64,000 nucleotides of DNA from an uncultured Spirochaetota bacterium (GCA_963806975.1 CAWEAK010000022.1:68529-132528), one strand, 5' to 3'. Shown: positions 43,905 to 54,266, counted from the stretch's first letter. Notes: a model not told the origin generated them from the sequence alone. Made by a program: numbers and translations.

Positions 43905-44088
43905 TAAAAGTTAACTCTATTTATTTAAAGAGTATAAAGTGTAAAGTTAAAAGGTGCTACTTGATATGACTTCTTCCCTTCCTTGACTTTTTTTATGAGA
44001 AACTATATCTTTAACGATGATAATTCTACTACATAAAATTAATAAACTGAAGAACCTATTATAATTTGTAAAATTTTAAGGAGGATAT

Positions 44089-45240
44089 ATGTTAAAAAGA
44101 GGTTTTAAGGTTTCTGCTTTATTAGCAGTTGTTTGTGTACTCTTTGCTTTGATTGGCTTTACCGGATGCGGCAGCAGTGCAAAATCAAGTGCAAAGTTTA
44201 AAATTGGTTTGGTTTTTGATATTGGCGGGAGGGGTGATAAATCCTTTAACGATTCTGCTTATACCGGTCTTGTAGAAATTGCGAAGAATTACAAGGGTTT
44301 TATCAAGGATTCTGCCGATAAAATCAATTTTGGTAAAGATGTGGAGATTAAGTTCCTTGAACCAAAATCCGGAGGGCAGGATAGGGAACAATTATTGAGG
44401 GTTCTCGCCGAAGATGGATATAATGTAATTTATGGCATAGGATTTATGTTTACCGATGCTATTACAAAAGTAGCTAAGGATTTTACAAATACTCATTTTG
44501 TAATTATTGACGGTTATATCCCCGATCTCAATGAATCGGCAAATATTACCTGTATAAGCTTTAAGGAAGAAGAAGGCTCTTTCCTTGTTGGGTCTGTTGC
44601 GGGTTTGTTGAACAATAAGGCGAAAATAGGCTTTGTAGGCGGGATGGACATTCCTCTGATTCATAAGTTCCAGGCTGGATATATGGCAGGTGCTATGTAT
44701 ATGAATCCGGCTTTGAGGAAACCCAATATGATTATTTGCCAGTATATCGGCAAGGAACCTTCTGCTTTTAATGATGCCCCGTCAGCCTATAATATAGCCG
44801 GAAATATGTATAAACAGGGAGCATCAATTATTTACCATGCCGCCGGGGCTTCCGGTGCCGGGCTTTTTCAGGCCGCGGAAGAGGCTAAAAAACTTGCAAT
44901 TGGCGTTGACTCTGACCAGGGTTTAATCTATTCTTCCGATACAAACACAGCAACTCAGGCAAGAGGTAAATATATTTTAACGTCTATGCTAAAAAGAGTT
45001 GATCAGGGTGTTTTTATCTCGGCAAAAGGATATATTGAAAACGGCAAAATGCCGGGAGGCTATCTTTCATATGGATTAAAAGATGACGGTGTTGGGATTG
45101 CCTTAAATGATTATAATAAAGATCAATTAGCCGGAGTTATGGAAAAGATCAATGATATTAAGGCGAAGATTGTCAGCGGTGAAATTTCTGTTCCAGACCA
45201 TGAATCAAAAGTTCCCGATTTTGTAAAAAAATTAAAGTAA
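44089..45240 (+). CDS. BMP-family (PnrA/TmpC-like) ABC transporter substrate-binding lipoprotein
   Basis: Lipobox FTGCGSS. GLVFDIGGRGDKSFNDSAY and the GVDSDQ motif are present. Confidence 0.9.
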   Translation: MLKRGFKVSALLAVVCVLFALIGFTGCGSSAKSSAKFKIGLVFDIGGRGDKSFNDSAYTGLVEIAKNYKGFIKDSADKINFGKDVEIKFLEPKSGGQDREQLLRVLAEDGYNVIYGIGFMFTDAITKVAKDFTNTHFVIIDGYIPDLNESANITCISFKEEEGSFLVGSVAGLLNNKAKIGFVGGMDIPLIHKFQAGYMAGAMYMNPALRKPNMIICQYIGKEPSAFNDAPSAYNIAGNMYKQGASIIYHAAGASGAGLFQAAEEAKKLAIGVDSDQGLIYSSDTNTATQARGKYILTSMLKRVDQGVFISAKGYIENGKMPGGYLSYGLKDDGVGIALNDYNKDQLAGVMEKINDIKAKIVSGEISVPDHESKVPDFVKKLK

Positions 45241-45255
45241 AGCAAATCTAATAAA

Positions 45256-45291
45256 AGAGGCGGAATACAAAGAAGTATTTCGTCTCTTTTT
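45256..45291 (+). terminator. hairpin plus T-run between the binding-protein gene and the ABC ATPase gene (intra-operon attenuator)
   Basis: AGAGGCGGAATAC-AAAGAA-GTATTTCGTCTCT-TTTT, with an imperfect 13-bp stem. Confidence 0.5.
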
Positions 45292-45387
45292 ATCAAGCCG
45301 CTTGACCCATGTATAAATCACCGTAGTTTTATATGTTCAATCTATCAAGTAGGTTTTGCGCTATTTACTATCATTAAAGGAATTTAT

Positions 45388-46914
45388 ATGGCGGATAATC
45401 TTCTGCAGATGAAAAACATTACAAAAAGCTTTCCTGGAGTTCTCGCTAATGATAATATTTCTTTTGATTTGATGCCCGGTGAAATACATGCCCTTGTCGG
45501 CGAAAATGGAGCCGGTAAGAGTACGCTTATGAAAATACTCTATGGTTTATATAAGGCTGATTCGGGAGAACTACTTGTCAAAAACAAAGTCATATCAATT
45601 AAAAAACCAAAAAATGCTATAATGTACGGTATAGGTATGGTACATCAACATTTTATGCTTATTCCCGTATTTACAGTACTTGAAAATATTGTTATCGGGC
45701 ATGAAAACCATACTATGGGAATAATTAGAACAGCAGGACCAATTAAAAAAATTAATGAAATTATGGATGATAATAAGCTTTTTGTTGACTTAAATACAAA
45801 AGTGGAAAATATTCCTGTCGGATTACAACAAAGGGTGGAAATATTAAAAATTCTATACAGGGGAGCTGAAATATTGATTTTTGATGAACCAACAGCTGTT
45901 CTCACGCCTCAGGAAACCGTAGAATTGTTTAAGACTTTGAAAGAACTTAAGGCAGGTGGAAAGGGAATTATATTTATTAGTCATAAGTTAGATGAAGTTA
46001 TTGAAATAGCTGATAGAATCACAGTTTTAAGGAATGGGAAAGTAATTAAAACCATTCCAAACAAAAACGCAACCAAATCTATGATAGCCGAGTTAATGGT
46101 CGGAAAGCCAGTACTTCTTAACGTTGATATACCGCCTATTAATCCCGGTAAAGTTGTCCTGGAGATAAAAAATCTATCTAAAATAAGCGACAAAGGAATC
46201 AAAATATTAGATGGAATTAATATAACTATTAGAGAAGGTGAAATATACGGTATCGCAGGTGTAGAGGGGAATGGTCAATCATCACTTATAAATTCAATTA
46301 CCGGACAATATAAAAATGAATCGGGAGAAATAAAACTTTGCGGTGAAAATATTAAATCATATTCGGTGAGAAAAAAAAGAGAGAAAGGAATTGCTTATAT
46401 TCCCGAAGACAGGCACAAATTCGGACTTTTTCTTCCATTTGCAATCGATGAAAATTCTGTTATTGGAAGGCATCATAAACCTCCGTTTGTAAAAAATTAT
46501 CAAATAATTAATAAATCAGCGATAAGAGATTTTGCAAAAGAAATTATATCCCGTTTTGATATCAGGACTTCTTCAGAAAAAAAGATTGCGCTTACCCTAT
46601 CGGGGGGTAATCAGCAAAAAGTAATAGTTGCAAGGGAAATCAGTTCCAATCCGAAACTGCTTGTTGCCTCACAGCCCACGAGAGGCGTGGATATCGGTGC
46701 AAGTGAATTTATTCATAATCAGCTTGTAAAGGCAAGAAATGAAGGAAAAGCCATTCTTCTGGTATCGGCTGACCTTGATGAAGTAATATCACTTTCCGAT
46801 AGGATTGGTGTTATTTATAAAGGAAAAATTATTCAGGAATTTTCAAGGGAAAATGCGGTCAAGGAAAAGATTGGATTCTTTATGATGGGAGAGAAAAATG
46901 AAATTACCTCCTGA
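45388..46914 (+). CDS. ABC transporter ATP-binding protein, duplicated ATPase (sugar/nucleoside type)
   Basis: Walker A GENGAGKST. Second half has LSGGNQQKV and LLVASQPTRGVD. Confidence 0.9.
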   Translation: MADNLLQMKNITKSFPGVLANDNISFDLMPGEIHALVGENGAGKSTLMKILYGLYKADSGELLVKNKVISIKKPKNAIMYGIGMVHQHFMLIPVFTVLENIVIGHENHTMGIIRTAGPIKKINEIMDDNKLFVDLNTKVENIPVGLQQRVEILKILYRGAEILIFDEPTAVLTPQETVELFKTLKELKAGGKGIIFISHKLDEVIEIADRITVLRNGKVIKTIPNKNATKSMIAELMVGKPVLLNVDIPPINPGKVVLEIKNLSKISDKGIKILDGINITIREGEIYGIAGVEGNGQSSLINSITGQYKNESGEIKLCGENIKSYSVRKKREKGIAYIPEDRHKFGLFLPFAIDENSVIGRHHKPPFVKNYQIINKSAIRDFAKEIISRFDIRTSSEKKIALTLSGGNQQKVIVAREISSNPKLLVASQPTRGVDIGASEFIHNQLVKARNEGKAILLVSADLDEVISLSDRIGVIYKGKIIQEFSRENAVKEKIGFFMMGEKNEITS

Positions 46915-48037
46915 TAAACAATCAGATGATAAGGGTATATCCATTTTAAGATTTGATAAATACAGCATCATTGAAACATTATCACCGGTTTTGGGATTTT
47001 TAACCTCCATTGTTTTTTTATTGATTATTGTGATCGTTGTAGGAGAAAATCCATTTAAGGCTATTTCTGCTATATATAGTTTTTGTCTAAGCAACACTGC
47101 AAAAATTTTTACTATTCTTTCCACTTCGATACCTTTGTTTTTTGCCGGCTTGGCAACTGCTCTCGCTTTCAGGGCAGGTGTATTTAATATAGGAGTTGAA
47201 GGCCAATATTTTATAGGAGGGTTGACAGGGGCTTTAATCGGGATTTACCTCCATCTTCCAGCATTTATCCATATTCCAATGGTCGTGATTTTTGCTATGT
47301 TAGGCGGGGCTTTATGGGCGATGATACCCGCATTTTTGAAGGCTTCAAAGGGGATTCATGAGGTGATTTCAACAATAATGTTTAATAATATTGCACTGGC
47401 TCTTGTAAATTATCTTGTTAATAGCCCGTTGTCAGGAATGCAAACGGGGCATAGTCTTGAGCCGCAAACTGAAAAAATTCAAGCCACTGCTTTATTTGGA
47501 AAGCTTAATAATATTTTCAGAGTTGTTGGGCTTAATGTTCCTAATTATATCTATATGGATTATAGTTTAATTATTGCTATTATTATAGGACTAATTGTAT
47601 GGTTTATTCTTTACAAGACCAGATATGGTTTCGAAATAAAGGGTGTTGGGACATCATTAAGCGTTTCTTTATATGCTGGTATTAAAGTAAGCCAGATACA
47701 AATCTGGACTTTTGTTGCGAGCGGTGCAATTGCTGGTCTGGTTGGTCTTCAGGAAATATTTGCAATTCGCGGCTTTTATACTTATCAAATCGCCTCCGGC
47801 CTTGGGTTTGATGGAATAGCCATAGCGCTGATCGGCAAAAATTCACCGATAGGGGTTGTATTCGCGGCAATACTCTTCGCTTTTTTAAAACAGGCCGGAT
47901 ATGGACTACAATTTTATACATCGGTACCCAATTCAGTTATTAATGTAATCACTGGTTTAATGATACTTTTTATTGTTGTAATTAATGAAATAGTAACGAG
48001 ATACATTAGAAGTATCAGAAAAAAGGAGGCTGTTTAA
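46898..48037 (+). CDS. ABC transporter permease (BMP/nucleoside system)
   Basis: Polytopic membrane protein. It overlaps the ATPase gene by 17 nt. Confidence 0.85.
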   Translation: MKLPPDKQSDDKGISILRFDKYSIIETLSPVLGFLTSIVFLLIIVIVVGENPFKAISAIYSFCLSNTAKIFTILSTSIPLFFAGLATALAFRAGVFNIGVEGQYFIGGLTGALIGIYLHLPAFIHIPMVVIFAMLGGALWAMIPAFLKASKGIHEVISTIMFNNIALALVNYLVNSPLSGMQTGHSLEPQTEKIQATALFGKLNNIFRVVGLNVPNYIYMDYSLIIAIIIGLIVWFILYKTRYGFEIKGVGTSLSVSLYAGIKVSQIQIWTFVASGAIAGLVGLQEIFAIRGFYTYQIASGLGFDGIAIALIGKNSPIGVVFAAILFAFLKQAGYGLQFYTSVPNSVINVITGLMILFIVVINEIVTRYIRSIRKKEAV

Positions 48038-48038
48038 G

Positions 48039-48914
48039 ATGGATTTATCTACCCTTTATTATTTTTTATTGAAAGGACTTGAGATTTCTTCACCTATAGC
48101 TTTTGCCGCTCTCGGGGCTGTTTTTTCGGAAAGAGGCGGTGTGGTTAATATTGCCCTTGAGGGTTTTATGATAGTGACTTCTTTTACAGTTGTCTGGGCC
48201 TCCTTACTTTTTCATAATATATGGATTGGACTCAGTGTCGCTGTAATAACAGGAATATTAATGGCCTTAATACATGCGGTAGTAACTATAAACTTCCGGG
48301 TAGATCAAATTGTATCTGGAGTTGCAATCAATATATTCGCTCTTGGCCTTTCAAGATTTTTATCACAAAAAATTTATGGGCAGGAGACACAGAGTCCACC
48401 TAATCCATATACTTTCCCCAAGTTTTTTGATATTAATTCAATGGCATTGTGGATTATTCCAGCCGCTCTTTTAAGCTGGTTTGTTTTAAATAAAACTGTT
48501 TTCGGTTTAAGACTAAGGACAGTCGGTGAAAACCCTGAGGCTGCGGATACACTTGGTATTAATGTTTATGTAATGCGTTATTCAGGAGTTATTATAAGCG
48601 GAGCTTTATGCGGTTTTTCTGCAGCAACACTTTTTCCCTCACAATGGGTTTCCGGTATGACGGCTGGCAGAGGATTTATAGCCCTTGCAGCCATGATTTT
48701 CGGAAGATGGAACCCTATCGGGGCGGTTCTTGCTTCCCTATTATTCGGATATGCGGATACATTCAGGATTATGTTTGAAACTAAGATACCAATACCAAGC
48801 CAATTTATTCAAATGTTCCCATATATTCTGGCTTTAGTTGTTTTAGCAGGATTTGTAGGCCGTGCCCACGCTCCTGAGGCTGACGGCAAGCCCTATGAGC
48901 CGAGCGAAGATTAA
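48039..48914 (+). CDS. ABC transporter permease (BMP/nucleoside system)
   Basis: Polytopic membrane protein. Its start lies 1 nt after the previous stop. Confidence 0.85.
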   Translation: MDLSTLYYFLLKGLEISSPIAFAALGAVFSERGGVVNIALEGFMIVTSFTVVWASLLFHNIWIGLSVAVITGILMALIHAVVTINFRVDQIVSGVAINIFALGLSRFLSQKIYGQETQSPPNPYTFPKFFDINSMALWIIPAALLSWFVLNKTVFGLRLRTVGENPEAADTLGINVYVMRYSGVIISGALCGFSAATLFPSQWVSGMTAGRGFIALAAMIFGRWNPIGAVLASLLFGYADTFRIMFETKIPIPSQFIQMFPYILALVVLAGFVGRAHAPEADGKPYEPSED

Positions 48915-48951
48915 TAAGCGTTCCGCTTTAATTCCTCAGGATAGGATATAA

Positions 48952-49087
48952 CCGGGCAGTTTTTTTAAGGGCTTAAAGCCCTCTGGACACCCGGTATAAT
49001 ACTGGTTTCTAATTTATTCTCAGTACCATAAGCGAAGATTCCAAAGGGTATCATACCCTTTGGTGGGGTAATAGGGGCTTTGCCCCT
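48952..49087. other. cluster of three GC-rich hairpins/palindromes in a convergent intergenic region
   Basis: Three elements: CCGGG...AGGGC-TTAAA-GCCCT...CCCGG (48952-48994); CCAAAGGGTAT-C-ATACCCTTTGG, a perfect 23-nt palindrome (49041-49063); and AGGGGC-TTT-GCCCCT (49073-49087). Confidence 0.4.
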
Positions 49088-49107
49088 AAATTGTGTGAGG
49101 AACTTAT

Positions 49108-50244
49108 TCATATTTCGTATAAAACCATATTATCTATATGAACCACACTGGAATAAGTGCTGTCTTTTCCAAGGATACTTTCTATTTCTGCTGTCTTTTT
49201 ACCAGCTATAAGCTTCACATTCTCGGAGGAATAGTTTGATAAACCAATCGCAACATTAGTACCAGCCAAGTTGTTTATGGAAACAGTATCTCCTGGCTTA
49301 AAGCTGCCAGTGACTTTAACGATTCCGGTTGAAAGCAGGCTTTTGTGGTTAAGTACAGCTTTTACCGCCCCGTCATCAATAATAATCTTACCTTTAGGTT
49401 TTTTTCCAGTGATCCATCGCTTTTTAAAATTGAGATTTTTTTTAGCGGGAATAAAAATAGTTCCCTCAGATAGATCATCAAATATTTTTGATAAGATATT
49501 GTCTTTAAAACCATTCGCAATTACCGATGGAACACCGCTAACAGTTGTGATTTTCGCGGCCTCAAGCTTGGTAATCATTCCGCCCTTAGTAAAAGATTCT
49601 TCTTGCTTACCGGCGTATTGAACAATTTTATTTACATTATCTATTATGCGGATAAATTTCTGTTTTTCTGTATTGAAATCCTGATAGAATCCATCAATAT
49701 CCGAAAGCATAATATAAAGATCGGCATCTATTAAAAGGCTGACAAATGCACCCAAACGGTCATTGTCTCCAACCTTATTAATTTCTTCAACGGCAACCGA
49801 ATCATTTTCGTTAATGATTGGAACAATGCCTAATTCCTGCATAGAATTAAGAGTATTTCTTGCATTAAGATAATTTGTTCTATTTTCAAAAATATAATAT
49901 GTAAGCAAAACCTGCCCTACATCTATACCATATTTTAAAAATTCGTCTTTAAAGAGATTCATTAAATAAACCTGCCCAAGCCCGGCAAGGGCCTGTTTTT
50001 GGGAAACTGAAAGCTTATCGATGATTTCCTTATCTTTATACATTTGATGTATTCCAAGTCCTATAGCTCCACTGGCTGTAATTACAAACTCAACCCCTTT
50101 ATTTTTTAATTCTACAATATTTTTAACAATATTTGTTAAGTTCTTTCTGTTTATAGTGCTTAAATTTGTAATCTGTTTTGTCCCAAGTTTGACAACAACC
50201 CGCTTAACATCAATTTCGGTTTGATTCGGCAGTTTTATTTTCAT
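49108..50244 (-). CDS. proB: glutamate 5-kinase (with PUA domain)
   Basis: VVKLGTKQIT, ITASGAIGLG and INENDSVA, with a C-terminal PUA-like region. Confidence 0.9.
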   Translation of the reverse strand: MKIKLPNQTEIDVKRVVVKLGTKQITNLSTINRKNLTNIVKNIVELKNKGVEFVITASGAIGLGIHQMYKDKEIIDKLSVSQKQALAGLGQVYLMNLFKDEFLKYGIDVGQVLLTYYIFENRTNYLNARNTLNSMQELGIVPIINENDSVAVEEINKVGDNDRLGAFVSLLIDADLYIMLSDIDGFYQDFNTEKQKFIRIIDNVNKIVQYAGKQEESFTKGGMITKLEAAKITTVSGVPSVIANGFKDNILSKIFDDLSEGTIFIPAKKNLNFKKRWITGKKPKGKIIIDDGAVKAVLNHKSLLSTGIVKVTGSFKPGDTVSINNLAGTNVAIGLSNYSSENVKLIAGKKTAEIESILGKDSTYSSVVHIDNMVLYEI

Positions 50245-51260
50245 TCTTTATCTCCGGAATCCCTTTTTTCAGCTTCAACAAATTTTTTATAAAGAACCGT
50301 TTTTAATTCGGGCAACCCCATGCCTGTTAAAGCTGAAATGAGGTAAATATCCTTTGAGATTTTCAGGAATTTATTTTTTAATTCTTTTTTATCTTTTTCC
50401 TCAAAAATCAGGTCAATTTTATTTAATGCTATAATAAAATGCCTCTGAAATAAGGCTTCGGAATAATTTTTTAGTTCGTTTTGAAGCACAATGAATTTTT
50501 CCAAAGGTTCATCAATCGAGTCAAGGATATAAAGAACAATATTAGTTCTTTCAATATGTTTTAAAAAATCAATTCCAAGGCCTTTTCCTTTATGAGCACC
50601 TTCTATCAAGCCGGGAATATCTGCTATCAACACACTCGTATAAGCATCGTCAATTGTCATTACACCGATATTAGGGTGAAGGGTTGTAAATGGATAATTA
50701 CCAATTTTAGGACGGGCATTTGTAATTTTAGAAACCAGAGTGGATTTCCCGGCATTGGGATAACCAACAAGGCCGATATGGGCAATCATTTTCAATTCAA
50801 GAAGGAGTTTTTTCTCTTCACCAGGTAATCCCTTCTGAGCATAGAAGGGGCTCTGATTGGTTGAGCTTTTAAACCATACATTACCCCGTCCCCCCTTCCC
50901 TCCTTTGGCAGCAGCGAATTCGGAACCGTTTTCCATCAGGTCAGCAATAATAGCATTGCTTTCCGAATCATAAATAATAGTCCCGGCAGGGACTTCGATT
51001 ATCGAAGATTCTCCCTTTTTCCCGAACTTTTTACTTGTCATACCGTTTCCACCATCCTGCGCTTTAAACTTCTGGTTGTTATGAATATGGGAAAGGGTCC
51101 TTAGGTGAGGATTAACTCTGAATACAATACTGCCGCCGTCACCTCCGTCTCCTCCATCCGGACCTCCAAAGGGGATATACTTTTCCCTTCGGAATGTGGC
51201 TGCTCCAGCACCGCCTTTGCCGGCTTTTATTTCTATCGGGACTTCATCTTTAAAAATCAT
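50241..51260 (-). CDS. obg: GTPase Obg/CgtA
   Basis: Gly-rich Obg fold (KAGKGGAGAATFRREKYIPFGGPDGGDGGDGGS). G1 motif GYPNAGKST and G3 motif DIPGLIEGA. Confidence 0.95.
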   Translation of the reverse strand: MIFKDEVPIEIKAGKGGAGAATFRREKYIPFGGPDGGDGGDGGSIVFRVNPHLRTLSHIHNNQKFKAQDGGNGMTSKKFGKKGESSIIEVPAGTIIYDSESNAIIADLMENGSEFAAAKGGKGGRGNVWFKSSTNQSPFYAQKGLPGEEKKLLLELKMIAHIGLVGYPNAGKSTLVSKITNARPKIGNYPFTTLHPNIGVMTIDDAYTSVLIADIPGLIEGAHKGKGLGIDFLKHIERTNIVLYILDSIDEPLEKFIVLQNELKNYSEALFQRHFIIALNKIDLIFEEKDKKELKNKFLKISKDIYLISALTGMGLPELKTVLYKKFVEAEKRDSGDKE

Positions 51261-51278
51261 TAACAGTCCTTATAGTAC

Positions 51279-52514
51279 CTATAAATTTAATTTTTTAATC
51301 CTATTAATGGCCTCTTCAATGTCTTCTTTTTTTCCAAAGGCGGTCATTCGAAAATAACCCTCGCCGTTCTTTCCGAAACCGACACCCGGTGTTCCTACTA
51401 TCTGAGCCTGATTAAGAAGAAAATCGAAGAATTCCCATGAAGAATATTTTTCTGGTATTTTTATCCAGATATAGGGGGAGTTTATCCCGCCGAAGCATTT
51501 GAGTCCTAGTGAAGAAATTCCCTCACGGATTATACCAGCGTTTAGTAGATAATAATTGATGATAGCCTGAGTTTCATTTCGGCCCTCTTGTGTAAAAACC
51601 TGGTAGGCGCCCTTTTGTATTATATACGCCACACCGTTAAACTTGGTTGACTGCCGCTGAAACCAAAGTTTTCTCACAGGATAAGCCTTTCCCTTTTTGT
51701 CGTAAGCTATTAACCCATTAGGGATTATTGTATAGGAACAGCGAGTTCCAGTAAATCCGGCAGTTTTTGAAAGGCTCCGGAATTCGATGGCAACTTCTTT
51801 TGCCCCTTCAATTTCAAAAATGCTGTGCGGTATATTTTTATCCCTGATAAAAGCCTCATAAGCGGCATCAAAAAGAATCAATGCTTTATTTTTTATAGCA
51901 TAATCCACCCAAACTTTCAGCTCTTCCCTTGTTAAAACCTGTCCTGTAGGATTGTTTGGGAAACAGAGATATATAAGATCAACGGATTGATCCGGTAGTT
52001 CGGGTTTAAAATTGTTCTTTTCATTACATGGTAGATATATGATATTTTCATATCTACCATCTATCAATCTGCCTGATCTTCCAGCCATAACATTACTGTC
52101 CAGATAAACCGGATATACAGGGTCGGTAATGGCTACTTTTATATCGTTAGAAAAAATTTCCTGAATATTGGCTGTATCTTCCTTTGCACCTGTCGAGATA
52201 AAAATCTCATCCGTAGAGATATTAATACCCCTGGTTTTAAAATCAGAATCACTTATTATATTCCTTAAAAATTCATAGCCTTCATCAGATTTATATCCTT
52301 TAAAAGTTATTAAATCAGACATTTCATCAACAGCCTTTTTCAATCCTTTGATTATCGAAGGGGGTAAAGGTTCCGTAACGTCTCCAATTCCAAGAGAAAT
52401 AATCTTGGCTCGAGGGTTTTTTAACTGAAATTCCTTAACCCTTCTGGCAGTTTCCGTAAATAAATAACTTCCTTGAAGATTTAAATAATTTTCGTTGATT
52501 CTGATCATTTTCAA
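51279..52514 (-). CDS. dapL: LL-diaminopimelate aminotransferase
   Basis: INENYLNLQGSYLF, LGIGDVTEPL, DPVYPVYLDSNVMAGR, LCFPNNPTG and SLSKTAGFTGTRC (PLP lysine). Confidence 0.85.
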   Translation of the reverse strand: MKMIRINENYLNLQGSYLFTETARRVKEFQLKNPRAKIISLGIGDVTEPLPPSIIKGLKKAVDEMSDLITFKGYKSDEGYEFLRNIISDSDFKTRGINISTDEIFISTGAKEDTANIQEIFSNDIKVAITDPVYPVYLDSNVMAGRSGRLIDGRYENIIYLPCNEKNNFKPELPDQSVDLIYLCFPNNPTGQVLTREELKVWVDYAIKNKALILFDAAYEAFIRDKNIPHSIFEIEGAKEVAIEFRSLSKTAGFTGTRCSYTIIPNGLIAYDKKGKAYPVRKLWFQRQSTKFNGVAYIIQKGAYQVFTQEGRNETQAIINYYLLNAGIIREGISSLGLKCFGGINSPYIWIKIPEKYSSWEFFDFLLNQAQIVGTPGVGFGKNGEGYFRMTAFGKKEDIEEAINRIKKLNL

Positions 52515-52544
52515 TAACCTCTTATTAATAAAAAAACATTATTG

Positions 52545-52560
52545 TGTTTCACGTGAAACA
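52545..52560. other. parS centromere-like site (perfect TGTTTCACGTGAAACA)
   Basis: Exact 16-bp palindrome, about 68 nt downstream of the parB stop. Confidence 0.9.
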
Positions 52561-52627
52561 AACTGAAATGTTGAATAAAGTTAATTTATAACTTGCATTA
52601 AGACTTTTTTTGATCTTGAAGACATAA

Positions 52628-53488
52628 TCAACTTTTTATTGCAATCAAACGATAAATGTTCTCTAATTCTTCCTTTGAAAAATAATGAATCTCAATTCTA
52701 CCTTTTTTATTTGTGCCCTTTATTTCAACTTTAGAACCAATTGTTTTGATAAATCTTTCCTGAATTTCTTCAAGAGAATTGTCTCTCATCTTATATGTTT
52801 CACGTGAAACAACTTCTTTAGGTTTTTTCAGGAAGTCTTGAGCTTGTTTTTCGGCCTCTCTCACAGAAAGGCCGTTTTCAATAATATACTTAGTAAAATC
52901 TATAATTCGGTCAATATCTTCAATAATCAGAATAGCTCTTGCGTGGCCCTCTGTAATTTCTCCCCGAATAATCTTTTCTCTGACATATTCAGGAAGTTTT
53001 AATAACCGGATAGTATTTGCTATAGAACTCCTGTTTTTCCCGATTTTTTTTGCCAGTTCATCCTGGCTTAAGCCTAATCTTTCAATTAATTCTTTATAAG
53101 CCTGAGCCTCTTCTATGGGATTAAGATCTTCTCTCTGTATGTTTTCAATGAGAGCGATTTCCAGCTTATCCTCTTCAGAAAAATTCCTTATTATAACAGG
53201 TATTTCTAATAGACCGGCAATCTTTGCCGCCCTTAAACGCCTCTCACCGGCTATAAGCTCATACCGACCATCACCAAGTTCTGAAACAATAATAGGCTGA
53301 ATCACCCCCTTCTCTTTGATAGAATCAGCCAATTCTTTCAAAGATGCCTCATTAAAAGATTTCCTTGGTTGATAGCGGTTAGGGATAATTTTATTTATAT
53401 CAAATGAATTAATTTGACTCTTATCAACTTCCTGGATCTCATTTTCATTCATAAGGGACATCATACCCCTACCCAACCCATGTTTCAT
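52628..53488 (-). CDS. parB: chromosome partitioning protein ParB/Spo0J
   Basis: GERRLRAAK box. HTH region LSQDELAKKIGKNRSSIANTIRLLKLP. Confidence 0.9.
   Translation of the reverse strand: MKHGLGRGMMSLMNENEIQEVDKSQINSFDINKIIPNRYQPRKSFNEASLKELADSIKEKGVIQPIIVSELGDGRYELIAGERRLRAAKIAGLLEIPVIIRNFSEEDKLEIALIENIQREDLNPIEEAQAYKELIERLGLSQDELAKKIGKNRSSIANTIRLLKLPEYVREKIIRGEITEGHARAILIIEDIDRIIDFTKYIIENGLSVREAEKQAQDFLKKPKEVVSRETYKMRDNSLEEIQERFIKTIGSKVEIKGTNKKGRIEIHYFSKEELENIYRLIAIKS
52796..52811. other. second perfect parS site, inside the 3' part of parB
   Basis: Exact TGTTTCACGTGAAACA within the parB coding sequence. Confidence 0.9.
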
Positions 53489-53492
53489 TTCA

Positions 53493-54266
53493 TTATCCTA
53501 TTTTTTTTAGAAATTCTCTTCCGAAATTAAGGTAAGCATCTGCTCCCTGACTTTTATAATCGTAATCGAATATTGCTACACCGTGGCTTGGAGCTTCAGA
53601 CAGTCTGACATTTCTTGGAATAATAGTATCATATACCTTATCCTTAAAATAATTTTTTACTTCTTCAACAACCTGTTTTGATAGGTTTGTTCTTGGATCA
53701 TACATTGTTATTAAAACTCCTTCAATTGCGATATTTTTATTAGGGCCGCTTTTTACAAGTTTGATGGCTTTTAATAGCTGAGCGAGACCTTCCATAGCAT
53801 AGAATTCGCTTTGCATTGGAATTAGAACACTATCAGCAGCAACAAGACCGTCTAAAGTTAAAAGGCCAAGTGAAGGAGGTGTATCAATCAAAATAAAATC
53901 GTAATCAGAAATTATCTCTGTAATAGCGTCTTTTAGGATATATTCCTTTCTTGAAGTATTTACCAGCTCAACTTGAGCTCCGGCAAGGTCAAGAGTAACT
54001 GGTACGATTCTTAAATAAGGGTATTTTGTTTCGATAATTACATTTTTCATCTTTTTTTGGCCTATAAGAACTTCATAAATACCATTACCTTGTCTTTCAT
54101 GAATATCAATACCAAGACCGCTGCAGGTATTCCCCTGAGGATCTATATCGATAAGAAGAGTTTTTTTTTGTGCATTGGATAAAAAAGCTGCAAGATTAAT
54201 GGCTGTAGTAGTTTTACCAACACCGCCTTTCTGATTTGCTATCACTATGGTTTTTGACATATACAC
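53493..54266 (-). CDS. parA: chromosome partitioning ATPase ParA/Soj
   Basis: Deviant Walker A NQKGGVGKTTT. The start lies 4 nt... upstream gene order is parA then parB on the same strand, 4 nt apart. Confidence 0.9.
   Translation of the reverse strand: MYMSKTIVIANQKGGVGKTTTAINLAAFLSNAQKKTLLIDIDPQGNTCSGLGIDIHERQGNGIYEVLIGQKKMKNVIIETKYPYLRIVPVTLDLAGAQVELVNTSRKEYILKDAITEIISDYDFILIDTPPSLGLLTLDGLVAADSVLIPMQSEFYAMEGLAQLLKAIKLVKSGPNKNIAIEGVLITMYDPRTNLSKQVVEEVKNYFKDKVYDTIIPRNVRLSEAPSHGVAIFDYDYKSQGADAYLNFGREFLKKIG

Noticed and set aside
44313-44320. Perfect GCCGATAA sigma-28 -10 octamer.
   Set aside because: It lies inside the BMP lipoprotein coding sequence and has no TAAA at the required -35 spacing.
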